IMG/VR virus record: IMGVR_UViG_3300028394_000074
Coordinates: 1 to 64,000 of that record
Source: an uncultured virus (IMG/VR IMGVR_UViG_3300028394_000074)
Lineage: Duplodnaviria; Heunggongvirae; Uroviricota; Caudoviricetes
Direction: 5' to 3' (one strand)
DNA length: 64,000 nt
Part shown: one piece after another, positions 36,348-46,564 of the stretch
Layout: every line of letters starts with the position of its first letter
Numbering within the stretch: position 1 is the stretch's first letter
The notes under the pieces: model-generated
Databases searched by the model: none
Seen by the model: only the letters and a program-made list of their open reading frames with translations
What the model was told of the DNA's origin: nothing
Position numbers and translations under genes: made by a program

Positions 36348-37475
36348 ATGACAGCACACGCTATACTTTCGGCTTCGGGTTCCAAACGGTGGCTTTCTTG
36401 CACACCATCTGCCCGATTAGAAGCCACACTTCCAGAACAAAAGAAAGCCACTGGATCATTTGATCATTCTGCTGAAGGCACTTTGGCGCATTCATTGGCT
36501 GAAATTAAATTGCGTCTTCAATTCAATCAAATAGGACATGAAGAATATGACCGTGAAATCCAAATTATCCAAGCCAGCCCGTATTACAACGAAGAGTTTG
36601 AAAACTACGTCGATAATTATGTCGTATACACCCGAAGTCAAATCGGAGAAGGCGATAAGCCTTTATTTGAACAACGTGTGGACTTCTCTGATTGGGTTCC
36701 TGACGGCTTTGGCACAGCCGATGTGGTTATTCTTTCTAAGCACGCCATTCGGGTCATCGACCTCAAGTTTGGAAAAGGAATCCCTGTTTCCGCTGTTGAC
36801 AATACCCAACTCCGACTCTACGCCCTCGGTGCGTGGAGCAAGTTCAAAGACGAGTTCCCAGAAATTAAAGAAGTCAGTTATACGATACATCAGCCCCGAC
36901 TTGACAGTATCAGTACCGATGGTACCAGCGTCAGTAAACTGGTCGACTGGGCCAACTACTTCGTCAAACCCAAAGCCAAGAAAGCGTGGGGCGGTACAGG
37001 CGAGTTCCTCCCAGGTGACTGGTGCCAGTTCTGCCGCGCCAAAGCCACGTGCAAAGCGCGTTCGGACTTTACCAACGAAATAGCATCGCTGGATTTCAGA
37101 CCAGCACCACTCTTAACTGAAGAAGAGTTTGAACTGGTATTATCTCGTGCATCACAATTAAAGTCTTATGTAAACGACATTGAGGCTTATGCAACACAAA
37201 GGGCAATTGATGAAGACATCATCCCAGTGGGTTTTAAATTAGTAGTGCCAAAGGGTCATCGCAAGTTTTCTGATTTTGCTTTAGCTGAAGTAATTCTTTT
37301 AGAAAAACTAAATATTCAAAAAGAAGATTTGTACGAAACCAAACCCAAGTCTGTACCCCAGATTATTAAGCTTGGTAAAAAGGGACAAATTGAAAGTGCG
37401 TTAGGGGACTTAATTGTTAGACCCGATTCTGCACCAAAGTTGGTTCCAGACAACACTGTGGAAGATTTTGCATGA
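36348..37475 (+). CDS. DUF2800 Cas4-like PD-(D/E)xK exonuclease
   Basis: HAILSAS..RWL.C, EGTLAH, GFGTAD, IDLKFGKG, QLRLYALG, CQFC..K..C. Confidence 0.88.
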   Translation: MTAHAILSASGSKRWLSCTPSARLEATLPEQKKATGSFDHSAEGTLAHSLAEIKLRLQFNQIGHEEYDREIQIIQASPYYNEEFENYVDNYVVYTRSQIGEGDKPLFEQRVDFSDWVPDGFGTADVVILSKHAIRVIDLKFGKGIPVSAVDNTQLRLYALGAWSKFKDEFPEIKEVSYTIHQPRLDSISTDGTSVSKLVDWANYFVKPKAKKAWGGTGEFLPGDWCQFCRAKATCKARSDFTNEIASLDFRPAPLLTEEEFELVLSRASQLKSYVNDIEAYATQRAIDEDIIPVGFKLVVPKGHRKFSDFALAEVILLEKLNIQKEDLYETKPKSVPQIIKLGKKGQIESALGDLIVRPDSAPKLVPDNTVEDFA

Positions 37476-37615
37476 GTACACCTTTAATTATCATTTCAAC
37501 TCTGATATACTTAGGCGTAGCAATAGATCAGTACATGAAGGGTGCAGTTGGACCCGCAGTAATGTTTTTAGGGTACACCATCGGAAATTGTGGTATACTC
37601 TTGACAGTACGGTAG
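37472..37615 (+). CDS. Small membrane protein, 47 aa (not in ORF track)
   Basis: ATGA coupling; two hydrophobic segments. Confidence 0.5.
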   Translation: MSTPLIIISTLIYLGVAIDQYMKGAVGPAVMFLGYTIGNCGILLTVR

Positions 37616-37640
37616 AGATTGACACCGATAAAGTTCAATC
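37610..37640 (+). promoter_or_regulatory. H-type pseudoknot in the SSB mRNA leader
   Basis: CGGT/ACCG with GATTGA/TCAATC, then an AU-rich stretch to the SD. Confidence 0.55.
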
Positions 37641-37665
37641 AATTTAATGTAAATAAGGAAGCAAG

Positions 37666-38181
37666 ATGGCTACTAAAAATCCTCGTGTTGTAACTGGCAA
37701 AGTTCGTTTCTCATATGCCAATGTATTCTCACCAATGGACAAGGGTGATGGCAAGACACCTAAGTATTCTGTGTCTATCATTATCCCAAAATCTGACAAA
37801 GAAACAATTGCAAAAATCAATAAAGCTTTTGAAGAAGCTAAAGCAAATTCCGCTGGTTACTTTAAAGGCACTATTCCCAAGTTACTTAAAGGTGGCTTGC
37901 GTGATGGTGATTTAGAAAAAGAAGATGCAGCATACGCTGGTTCTTTTTTTATCAATGCAAACTCTGTTAAAAAACCAGGTATCGTTGATGCCGACATGAA
38001 TGCCATTATTGACTTAGAAGAGTTCTATTCTGGTTGTTATGGTCGTGCCGCTATTGAGTTCTACCCATACGAAGTGGAAGGATCAAAAGGTATTGCATGC
38101 GGTCTTGGTAATGTGCAAAAGCTTGAAGATGGCGAGCGTCTTGGCGGTGGCGGTGTATCAGCCGCTGTAGATTTCGCTTAA
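37666..38181 (+). CDS. ssDNA-binding protein (DUF2815 / T7 gp2.5-like)
   Basis: VRFSYANVF, KYSVSIIIPK, LRDGD, FYSGCYGRA, GLGNVQKL.DGE.L, C-terminal DF. Confidence 0.88.
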   Translation: MATKNPRVVTGKVRFSYANVFSPMDKGDGKTPKYSVSIIIPKSDKETIAKINKAFEEAKANSAGYFKGTIPKLLKGGLRDGDLEKEDAAYAGSFFINANSVKKPGIVDADMNAIIDLEEFYSGCYGRAAIEFYPYEVEGSKGIACGLGNVQKLEDGERLGGGGVSAAVDFA

Positions 38182-38214
38182 CAGTTTTACCGTAGTCCTC
38201 CTCCTGTAGTGCCT

Positions 38215-38245
38215 TGCCCCACCGAAGTCTGGTGGGGCATTTTTC
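38215..38245 (+). terminator. Intrinsic terminator after SSB
   Basis: TGCCCCACC-loop-GGTGGGGCA-TTTTT. Confidence 0.8.
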
Positions 38246-38271
38246 CCTCCAACCTATAACTAAAAAGAACC

Positions 38272-38697
38272 ATGGAACAATATTACGTGTATCAACACAT
38301 AGACCCAGAAACTGGTGAGATTTTATACATCGGAATGGGTAGTTATGAAAGAGCTTGGCTATGCCGAGGTTCTAATAGAAAAAAAAATCACCAAGAGCGA
38401 TTAAATGAGTTGTTTTCTTTAGGTTATACTATGCAAGATGTTGTAAGCATACTGGCAAGTTATTTAAGCAAAGAAGCAGCATTAAGTTTAGAATTAACTA
38501 AAATTGAAAAGTTTAAACCAAAATTTAACAATCACAGTAACCCCAATTGGAAATATCCATCAAAATTTGCGGATGAAGTCATAACAATGGTAAAAGCATT
38601 AAAAGAAATGGGATATGGCCCACAGAACACCGCCTTTTTAATGGGTGGTGATAAGAATAAAAACGCAATGACAATGTGGAGAATGGTAAATGAGTAA
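38272..38697 (+). CDS. GIY-YIG-like (homing) endonuclease
   Basis: YYVYQH.D...GEILYIGMG...RA...E...I....PKFN. Confidence 0.7.
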   Translation: MEQYYVYQHIDPETGEILYIGMGSYERAWLCRGSNRKKNHQERLNELFSLGYTMQDVVSILASYLSKEAALSLELTKIEKFKPKFNNHSNPNWKYPSKFADEVITMVKALKEMGYGPQNTAFLMGGDKNKNAMTMWRMVNE

Positions 38698-40588
38698 TAA
38701 AAAATATAACGAAATGGACAGCTACCAAGAATATATTGGAATGAGCAGATACGCCCGATTTGTAGATGACAAGGGTCGTCGTGAAAATTGGGGCGAAACA
38801 GTAACTCGTTTTGTAGAATATATTTTTACTAGAACACCAGCTATTACAGAAAACATTAAATTAAAAGAAGAGATTTACAAATCGATTTATAACCTAGAAT
38901 TAATGCCGTCCATGCGTGCCATGATGACGGCAGGAAAGAGTGCCGATCGTGACAATACTTGCGTATATAATTGCTCGTATCTCCCAGTGGATGATCCCAA
39001 GTCCTTTGACGAAGCTATGTTTATTTTGCTCTGTGGAACTGGGGTTGGATTTTCCGTTGAGCAAAAATACATTGCACAACTGCCCGAGGTGCCAGAGAAA
39101 CTATTTGAATCAGACCATACAATCGCAGTTCACGATTCCAAAGAAGGCTGGGCAAAGTCATTACGTCTACTCCTTGCAAACCTTTGGGCTGGAGAAATCC
39201 CAAAGTGGGATGTCAGCAATGTTAGACCTGCCGGAGCACGACTCAAAACATTTGGTGGAAGAGCTTCAGGGCCGCAACCATTAGTAGATTTATTTGAATT
39301 TACTGTAGCTACATTTAAACATGCTAAAGGTCGCCGTTTGCATTCATTGGAATGCCACGACCTAATGTGTAAAATTGGAGAAGTTGTAGTAGTGGGCGGT
39401 GTGCGTCGCTCAGCTATGATTTCACTTTCCGACCTAGATGATGAAAGGATTCGTCATGCAAAAGCTGGCCCTTGGTGGGACACTGCGCCTCACCGTGCAC
39501 TCGCCAATAATAGCGCAGTTTATAATGAAACGCCTACCGTTGGAAAGTTTATGGAGGAGTGGGTTTCTCTTTACAATTCACATTCCGGTGAACGAGGCAT
39601 TTTTAATCGGGAGGCTGCTAAAAAGACGGTTGAAAAATACGGGCATCGAGATCCAAATTTTGAGTTCGGTACAAATCCGTGCTCAGAGATCATTTTGCGA
39701 CCATACCAATTTTGCAATCTTAGTGAATGTGTAGTACGCCATGATGACACCAAAGAAACCTTACTGCGCAAAGTGCGGTTGGCCTCCGTCCTTGGTACAA
39801 TCCAAAGTACCTTCACAAAGTTCCCTTACTTGCGAAAAGTGTGGCAACGCAATACCGAAGAAGAGCGACTCCTTGGAGTCTCACTCACGGGGATCTATGA
39901 CAACCCTTTACTCACCACACAAGGAGAAGAGTTAAATGCCTTACTTACCGAACTTAGAGAGACAGCTAGAACAGCCAATGAGGAATTTGCAAGCTTGCTT
40001 GGAATACCTAAGAGTGCTGCAATTACTTGCGTTAAGCCCAGCGGAACCGTCAGCCAACTCGTTGATAGCGCTTCTGGAATCCACCCTAGACACGCTAAGT
40101 ACTACATCCGCAGAGTTAGAGGAGATAAGAAAGACCCTCTCTCCCAATTCTTAATTAACCAAGGAGTACCCAATGAAGCTTGCGTTTATAAACCAGATCA
40201 GACGGTGGTGTTTAGCTTTCCTCAAAAAGCACCCGCCGGCATCGTCCGAGCAGATGTCACTCCTTTATCACATTTGGAACTCTGGCTCACGTATCAGCGA
40301 CATTGGTGTGAGCATAAGCCTAGTGTCACCATCTCCGTTGAAGAAAAAGACTGGCCAGAAGTCGGTGCGTGGACGTGGAAAAACTTTGACGAAATCTCCG
40401 GTGTTTCCTATCTTCCCTATGACGGAGGAACGTATCGCCAAGCGCCATACGAAGAATGCACCGAAGAAGAGTACGAAACCCTCAAAGCCAGCATTCCTAA
40501 AATCAACTGGGAAGATCTCAAAGAAAATACAGACAACGTAGAGGGCGCTCAGATGCTTGCTTGCTCGGCTGGTGTTTGTGAGATTTAA
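38690..40588 (+). CDS. nrdJ: Class II (B12-dependent) ribonucleotide reductase
   Basis: PSMRAM, YNCSY, GGVRRSA, TNPCSEI, CNLSE, TCVKPSGT, C-terminal CSAGVCEI. Confidence 0.92.
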   Translation: MSNKKYNEMDSYQEYIGMSRYARFVDDKGRRENWGETVTRFVEYIFTRTPAITENIKLKEEIYKSIYNLELMPSMRAMMTAGKSADRDNTCVYNCSYLPVDDPKSFDEAMFILLCGTGVGFSVEQKYIAQLPEVPEKLFESDHTIAVHDSKEGWAKSLRLLLANLWAGEIPKWDVSNVRPAGARLKTFGGRASGPQPLVDLFEFTVATFKHAKGRRLHSLECHDLMCKIGEVVVVGGVRRSAMISLSDLDDERIRHAKAGPWWDTAPHRALANNSAVYNETPTVGKFMEEWVSLYNSHSGERGIFNREAAKKTVEKYGHRDPNFEFGTNPCSEIILRPYQFCNLSECVVRHDDTKETLLRKVRLASVLGTIQSTFTKFPYLRKVWQRNTEEERLLGVSLTGIYDNPLLTTQGEELNALLTELRETARTANEEFASLLGIPKSAAITCVKPSGTVSQLVDSASGIHPRHAKYYIRRVRGDKKDPLSQFLINQGVPNEACVYKPDQTVVFSFPQKAPAGIVRADVTPLSHLELWLTYQRHWCEHKPSVTISVEEKDWPEVGAWTWKNFDEISGVSYLPYDGGTYRQAPYEECTEEEYETLKASIPKINWEDLKENTDNVEGAQMLACSAGVCEI

Positions 40589-40707
40589 GTTAACCCGACA
40601 GGGAAAGTATCAAGAACGTGGTGATTTTTCGGGTTTCTATCCACGGTATCAACGAATTGGCAGGCGTAGCTTGTGCCTTTCCTAACTATTTCACATGGTG
40701 GTGAGTT

Positions 40708-40732
40708 TGGGCTCCTTCGGGAGCCCTTTTTT
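40708..40732 (+). terminator. Intrinsic terminator upstream of the DNA polymerase gene
   Basis: GGGCTCC-TTCG-GGAGCCC-TTTTTT. Confidence 0.85.
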
Positions 40733-40780
40733 ATGTTACAATTTTTATTCCGCCAATTCGTTGGTTTGCCATAGGAGCAT

Positions 40781-42703
40781 ATGATGATTTATTCAATTGA
40801 CTTTGAAACCCGCAGTTTTGCTGATCTGCCCGAGATAGGGCTAGACAAATACGCTAATTGCTTATCTACACAAGTGTTGTGTATTGCATTTGGCACCACA
40901 CCAGAGACCATCAAGGTCAAAGCACCACAAAACCCCAGCACAAATGAGTTGTGGCCACTGATGCAACATGTATCAAAAGGTGGCAAGATTGCAGCATGGA
41001 ACGCCATGTTCGAGTACGCTATTTGGAACTGTGTCTGCGTGCCTAAGTATGGCTGGCCACCGCTCAAATTGGAGCAATGCATTGACACCATGGCAATTGC
41101 TGCCAGTAATAACATACCCCAGAATTTGGATGATGCTGGTCAGTTTATGGATGCCAAATACCAAAAAGACCCCATGGGCAAAAAGTTGATTCAAAAGCTA
41201 TGTAAACCCAACAAAAAGGGTCAGTTTAATAACGACCCAGAACTTATGGCTCAGTTATTTGAATATTGTGCCCAAGACGTTCGTACAGAAATGGCTATAG
41301 GAAGCGTTTTAAGGGGTCTTACAGACACCGAACAGGAAGTTTGGTACCTGACCCAACGAATCAACCTCAGAGGCGTTCCTGTGGACTATAATGAGCTCCA
41401 TAACGCTGTCCTTGCTGTGGTAAGGGCGCAAGATGCCTTAGACAATGAATTGGTGGCTCTGACGGGCTGTAAACCTTCTGAGAGGGCTAAATTGTTGGGT
41501 TGGCTTAATGCCCAAGGTGCCGATATGGCAAACATGACCGCTGAGATGGTTAGTGCTAAGTTAGTGGACACTAACTTATCTAAAAAAGTTCGTAGGGCGT
41601 TAGAATTACGCCAAGAAGGAAGCCAAACTAGCGTGGCTAAGTACGCTAAGATGATGGAGATACAACGTGAAGGACGGATTAGGAATACATTGGTATATCA
41701 TGGCGCTAGTACTGGCCGCTGGGCGAGCCGTGGTGGGCTCAATTTACAGAACATTGCTCGTCCCACACTATCGGATGAAGAAATTGAATCAGCTATACCG
41801 AGTGTCTTCAATGAAGGAGTGGGCACGATGCAACAACTATCATCATTGGTTAGAAGCGGCATTAGAGCTCCGAGAGGAAAAACCTTCGTTGACGTGGATT
41901 TTAGCTCAATTGAAAACCGAGTTGGGGTTTGGCTCGCAGGACAAAACGACAAAGTCGAATTGTTCCGGAAAGGATTAGATGAGTATAAAGCATTTGCATC
42001 TAGTTCTTTGTACGATGTTCCTTATGAGGAAGTCACTAAGGAGCAAAGACAAATAGCCAAGTCGGCTGTGCTTGGCTGTATGTTTGGTCAGGGCTCAAAG
42101 GGATTGGTGGCGTATGCCGAGGGGATGGGAGTTAAGTTGACTGAAGAACAAAGTCAAAAGGCAGTTAATGCGTATCGAACAGATTACCAAAAAGTCAAAA
42201 ACTTTTGGTACCAATGTCAATCAGCCGCGATTGTTGCGATCAAGCAACCAAGCGACATGCAAGATGCTGGGTTGTTGCGTTTCATGTACGCCAAAGATGT
42301 GTTGTGGATGAAGTTGCCCAGTGGGCGATTCATTTGTTGGCGGGATCCCAAGGTCGAGGATCAATTGACACCATGGGGTGAAACTCGAGAGGGTGTCACT
42401 GTGCTCAATCAAAACACCTTCACTCGTAAGTGGGGACGCAACAATTTGATCGGTAGCAGTATCTTCCAATCGGCTGTCCAAGGTACTGCTCGGGACATGC
42501 TGGCAGAGGCTTGTTTGTTGCTGGAGAAGAACGGCTTTGAAGTTCTCAACTTGATCCATGACGAAGTCCTCATGTTGGTGGACGAGAATCAGGCAGAAAG
42601 CGCCTTAGATCGTGTAGTCAAATTAATGACTACACCGCCTAAGTGGGCTTCAGATTTTCCACTAGCTGCGGAAGGTTGGGTTGGAAAGCGTTATCGGAAG
42701 TGA
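40781..42703 (+). CDS. polA: Family A DNA polymerase
   Basis: Exo motifs DFET and NAMFE; TGRW; motif A DFSSIE; motif B RQIAKSAVLGCMFG; motif C IHDE. Confidence 0.92.
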   Translation: MMIYSIDFETRSFADLPEIGLDKYANCLSTQVLCIAFGTTPETIKVKAPQNPSTNELWPLMQHVSKGGKIAAWNAMFEYAIWNCVCVPKYGWPPLKLEQCIDTMAIAASNNIPQNLDDAGQFMDAKYQKDPMGKKLIQKLCKPNKKGQFNNDPELMAQLFEYCAQDVRTEMAIGSVLRGLTDTEQEVWYLTQRINLRGVPVDYNELHNAVLAVVRAQDALDNELVALTGCKPSERAKLLGWLNAQGADMANMTAEMVSAKLVDTNLSKKVRRALELRQEGSQTSVAKYAKMMEIQREGRIRNTLVYHGASTGRWASRGGLNLQNIARPTLSDEEIESAIPSVFNEGVGTMQQLSSLVRSGIRAPRGKTFVDVDFSSIENRVGVWLAGQNDKVELFRKGLDEYKAFASSSLYDVPYEEVTKEQRQIAKSAVLGCMFGQGSKGLVAYAEGMGVKLTEEQSQKAVNAYRTDYQKVKNFWYQCQSAAIVAIKQPSDMQDAGLLRFMYAKDVLWMKLPSGRFICWRDPKVEDQLTPWGETREGVTVLNQNTFTRKWGRNNLIGSSIFQSAVQGTARDMLAEACLLLEKNGFEVLNLIHDEVLMLVDENQAESALDRVVKLMTTPPKWASDFPLAAEGWVGKRYRK

Positions 42704-45673
42704 TTATTGTTGGGGAGCTAAACCTTCTGCAATTATTCGTTCAATAACATGTCTTTGCGTTTCATCGGAATAATTGTTTAAGTTATAGCTAATTGGATCT
42801 GCTTCCATTACTTGACCAAGATTTTGTCTTGTCAAAGGGTCATTCATGACATTATCAATATATTGTGGGTGCCTAGTACGAATTGCTTGACTAGCAGTTT
42901 CATAAGCTCGTTGTCTAACTCCTTGAGCATAATTAAGTTCCTCTGGCTCCATGTTTTGAATTGCATCAGCTATTTGATTTAATTCATTAACTCTTCCAGC
43001 TTCGTTACGCAATTTTTGAATTACCTGCCTACGAACGTCTGTAGAATACATACCCAATCCATAAGCTTGCGGACGTTCTTCAATTTCTCTAATGATTCCA
43101 TCTAAGGCAGCATTGTTGCGATTAGAAAAAGCATCTCTGACATAAGTATCAGTAAAAGTGTCGACAATTTGTTGACTTACTGCTTCATAAGCTTCTCGAA
43201 CCGCTGTTGATTCTACAGAAGGTCTATTGGTGTGAATTGGGTCTTCAGTTAAATCAATTTGCTTATTACTGGCTAGAGCTTCAAAATCTTTATCATCAAA
43301 GAAACGGGGCAATAGGTTGTTATCACGAGCATTTATTAAAAGGTTTTCAATGGCAACAGAACTCCAATCTTGGTGTTTGCTTTCTAATAAATTATTAGCA
43401 CTATGAGCATTACGAAGATCAAAAATCTCACCTTTTAATCGATCCATATCCACACGATCAAAATCAGCATGTTGGTTTAACCATTCTTTAACATGTGAAA
43501 TGTATTCTGGTTTAATTTCACCATTGTCGTAACCTTTCATTTCGGTTATGTATTTTTCTGGAGCCGGTTTAAAATAGTCGTTAAAATCATTTCGCAAATT
43601 TGGAGTATTTTCTATCATGGCAAACAAATCACCAGATGAACGGTTTTCAAAGTTATCTAAAATAGGTTGCCATTCCATTGCATTTTCGTTTCCAATTTGA
43701 ATTTGTTGTTGTATCCAGTTTTTAACAAATTGTCTATGATCTTTTGGAGTACCCAATGGATTACCAGCACTACGAACCATAATATTAGCAGTAAATTGGG
43801 AAACACCATTAGGATCTTTTAAGGAAGCAATTTCCCTACTACCTTTTTCTAAACCTTCAAAATAAGAAGGATATCTAAAAATACTATTACTACCTTTTGG
43901 TGGTTTGCCAGTATGCGGTTCTAACACGGGACCATGGTTTGGGTATTCTTCAGTACCATGGCAACCAGAACCAATACATTGATGTAAGTCTTTAGTAATT
44001 TGTGATAAATCCCGAGTTAGCATCAATGGGTCTTTATCGTAATCTGCTTTAGTAAAGACCACCATTTTAGAACCATCTGAATATGTTAAGTCTGTTGGTA
44101 ATTCTTTGTTACGGGCAACACGATAAGATTCAGCCAAATCTTTATTTGACTGCAATGCTTTTTGTCTTGCCATTTCATCTTTAATTAACTGACGAGCCAC
44201 AACCGCTGGAGTTAAATTAGAAAGCTTGCTAACATCTAAATTACCAGCAATTAAATCGTTTAATACTCTTTTTTGAATGCTTGGTAATCCTGTTGTTTCG
44301 TTAACAGAACTATTTATAAAATCATTAATTACCGTATCGTGTGATACTTTATTTGCATAAGGGTATCCTTCTTTAGGAGAAAAAGCATATATGCCTTTCG
44401 GGTATAAAGAAGCATCTAAAGCATTTTCAATAGCTATTCCAGCGGGGCTTGTAGCAGTTTGTTTTCCAATATTTACATTTTCTGGAGCAGTTAAATCAAA
44501 ACTATTATGGCCATAATTAGTTAAACTTTTAATATAATCTTTGCGGCGAGATTCTGCTCGTGCAATATCGCTTTCTGGCTGGTAATCTGGAGCATTAATA
44601 AGTTTTGTAAGATCGTTAACAGGTATATTGGTTTCGTTAAATGCTTGCACCAACGGATCTGAAGATAATCCAGTACCCATTTGATTGGTAATGTACTTTT
44701 GATACGGACCCATTACCCAAGAGTTATATTGAGGTGCTACTCGTTCAAACTCACTTGGTGGTGTAATTAAAGGTTGACCTTGTGCTTCTCGTTTAGCATT
44801 TTGTTCTTTAGTAAATTCTTCTGCATATGCTTGCTTTTGTGGCGGTGTTAAATTACCATGTTCTGACATCAATTTATCAACATAGCGTTCCCAATCCCAA
44901 CGCACTTGACGTGGTAAATACGCAAACCATTTTGCAGCAGGATCACTAATTTGAGTATCTGCAAGGTGCATACCAAACTCACCTTGTTCCGATAATCTAT
45001 TAGTTGCGCCCAAGTTAGTAGGCCAGTTGCCACCCTTTGGTTTGACAGCATAGTTGGCAATAGGAATATCTGGCATACCCATAGGCATTCTAATACCACC
45101 AGTTTCCATGACTTGGTTATTGATGGTTTCGGCTAAAGGTTTAATTGCTTGACCGAATGTTTCGGTAGCACCAGCGGCGCGAGATCCCAAAGTGGAGTAG
45201 TCACGAGTAATGCCAGCTTGGGCATTTGTGTAATCTGATGGGAAGTTGCGGATGTCTTCGATGGCTGTTTTACCAGCAACACGAAGATCGTCTGGTGAAA
45301 AACGCATGCGAGTATTCCACAACTCTGGTAGTGGGCCAGTAGCCTCGCCTACTTTGTTGTAGGCATTGTAGATATCTTGACCAGCTTGTGTGGGAGGATT
45401 GTAATGCAGTGCTTGAGCGACTTGTTGAGCGTCAGCATAGGCTTGATTACCAGCTTGGCGGTTACCTAATTGACCACTAAGGGCTTGTTTACCAACACCA
45501 TAAAGGTTGCCAGCTAAACCACCTAATAAATCAGAGCCCGCAGCTAAGCCAGCTTGAGCCACGCCAGCTCCCGGCATATTTTGATATGCCGCTTGGATGG
45601 CTTTTATGAAATTGGGTGTGTCAATAGCACCGATGTTTAATTCGGCGCGTAACTTTGCTAAATCATCAACCAT
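42704..45673 (-). CDS. Large internal virion (ejection) protein with PcfJ-like segment
   Basis: 989 aa, last gene of the virion operon; HQCIG...IASLKD..G...EMKG.DN resembles PcfJ-like domains. Confidence 0.5.
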   Translation of the reverse strand: MVDDLAKLRAELNIGAIDTPNFIKAIQAAYQNMPGAGVAQAGLAAGSDLLGGLAGNLYGVGKQALSGQLGNRQAGNQAYADAQQVAQALHYNPPTQAGQDIYNAYNKVGEATGPLPELWNTRMRFSPDDLRVAGKTAIEDIRNFPSDYTNAQAGITRDYSTLGSRAAGATETFGQAIKPLAETINNQVMETGGIRMPMGMPDIPIANYAVKPKGGNWPTNLGATNRLSEQGEFGMHLADTQISDPAAKWFAYLPRQVRWDWERYVDKLMSEHGNLTPPQKQAYAEEFTKEQNAKREAQGQPLITPPSEFERVAPQYNSWVMGPYQKYITNQMGTGLSSDPLVQAFNETNIPVNDLTKLINAPDYQPESDIARAESRRKDYIKSLTNYGHNSFDLTAPENVNIGKQTATSPAGIAIENALDASLYPKGIYAFSPKEGYPYANKVSHDTVINDFINSSVNETTGLPSIQKRVLNDLIAGNLDVSKLSNLTPAVVARQLIKDEMARQKALQSNKDLAESYRVARNKELPTDLTYSDGSKMVVFTKADYDKDPLMLTRDLSQITKDLHQCIGSGCHGTEEYPNHGPVLEPHTGKPPKGSNSIFRYPSYFEGLEKGSREIASLKDPNGVSQFTANIMVRSAGNPLGTPKDHRQFVKNWIQQQIQIGNENAMEWQPILDNFENRSSGDLFAMIENTPNLRNDFNDYFKPAPEKYITEMKGYDNGEIKPEYISHVKEWLNQHADFDRVDMDRLKGEIFDLRNAHSANNLLESKHQDWSSVAIENLLINARDNNLLPRFFDDKDFEALASNKQIDLTEDPIHTNRPSVESTAVREAYEAVSQQIVDTFTDTYVRDAFSNRNNAALDGIIREIEERPQAYGLGMYSTDVRRQVIQKLRNEAGRVNELNQIADAIQNMEPEELNYAQGVRQRAYETASQAIRTRHPQYIDNVMNDPLTRQNLGQVMEADPISYNLNNYSDETQRHVIERIIAEGLAPQQ

Positions 45674-45676
45674 GGA

Positions 45677-46564
45677 TTATCTCAAGTAAACTAAACCGCC
45701 GGTTGCTTTCTTTTGCAACTTATCTTGCTCTTCTAAATGGCGTTGAGCATAGCCTGTTAAACCAGAACCCACAGCACCAGCAATGTTTGACCATGGGCTG
45801 GCTGGAGTTGGTGCAATCGTAGCAACATTACTGACAACGCCAGCAACGTCTAGTAACTCACGAGCGGGATTGCCTTCTTTAAAGTGATTCCATAGACGCA
45901 CTAAGTTTTCGCCACCTTCCCACAAACCACCTACAGCGCCAGCGCCTCTTGCAATAGGGGAATTTGCTGCACCTTTAACTACTTGCATAGCTCTTTGGGT
46001 TGCAGTCAATGGTGGAGGTGCTGGTGGTGCTCCAGCGGGCATTGCGCCACCCATAGGAGGCATAGCACCACCTTGAGGTGGAGGAGCTGTAGGAGCACCA
46101 TAGGTGCCCTCTGGGGTTAGTATCCTACTGTTACCTTTTAATTCAAATCCACGCTCTGGGTTTGCAGCAACATTGGCATAAACTGGATTGGCAGTGGCTT
46201 GGTCAACATTATGCAAAGCATTCTTAACAGCTCCTGGGCCAAACCCATGTTCAGTAACCATTTGAGGTGCGTGAAACTCACCCACAGTCGTGGGTATAGG
46301 TGGTTTAGGAGGAGCTTCTATTGCCGCCGCTGCTGGAGCCCCCACTTTTTCAAAAAGATTTTTTGCGACTTTAAGTGCGTTTGACTTCATAACGCCCTCA
46401 ATTGTTTTGGCACCAGCAATTGCGGGAATACCCAAGGCTTCAGCAGCAATACCGCCAGTAACAGGATCTACTTGTTCAGTTTTGGCTTTATTGACATGAA
46501 AACGCTGGTACTCGTGAAGATCACTTTCTGGTACTGGTTCGTATTCTACTTTTTGATCGCTCAT
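45677..46564 (-). CDS. Internal virion protein
   Basis: Ala/Gly/Pro-rich; C-terminal KKATGGLV. Confidence 0.5.
   Translation of the reverse strand: MSDQKVEYEPVPESDLHEYQRFHVNKAKTEQVDPVTGGIAAEALGIPAIAGAKTIEGVMKSNALKVAKNLFEKVGAPAAAAIEAPPKPPIPTTVGEFHAPQMVTEHGFGPGAVKNALHNVDQATANPVYANVAANPERGFELKGNSRILTPEGTYGAPTAPPPQGGAMPPMGGAMPAGAPPAPPPLTATQRAMQVVKGAANSPIARGAGAVGGLWEGGENLVRLWNHFKEGNPARELLDVAGVVSNVATIAPTPASPWSNIAGAVGSGLTGYAQRHLEEQDKLQKKATGGLVYLR

Noticed and set aside
36348..37475. Cas4 as evidence of CRISPR-Cas
   Set aside because: This is the usual DUF2800 exonuclease in an exonuclease-SSB-PolA module, with no array
41285..41410. Possible periodic gyrase-site-like segment inside polA
   Set aside because: Cannot be separated from coding constraints by eye
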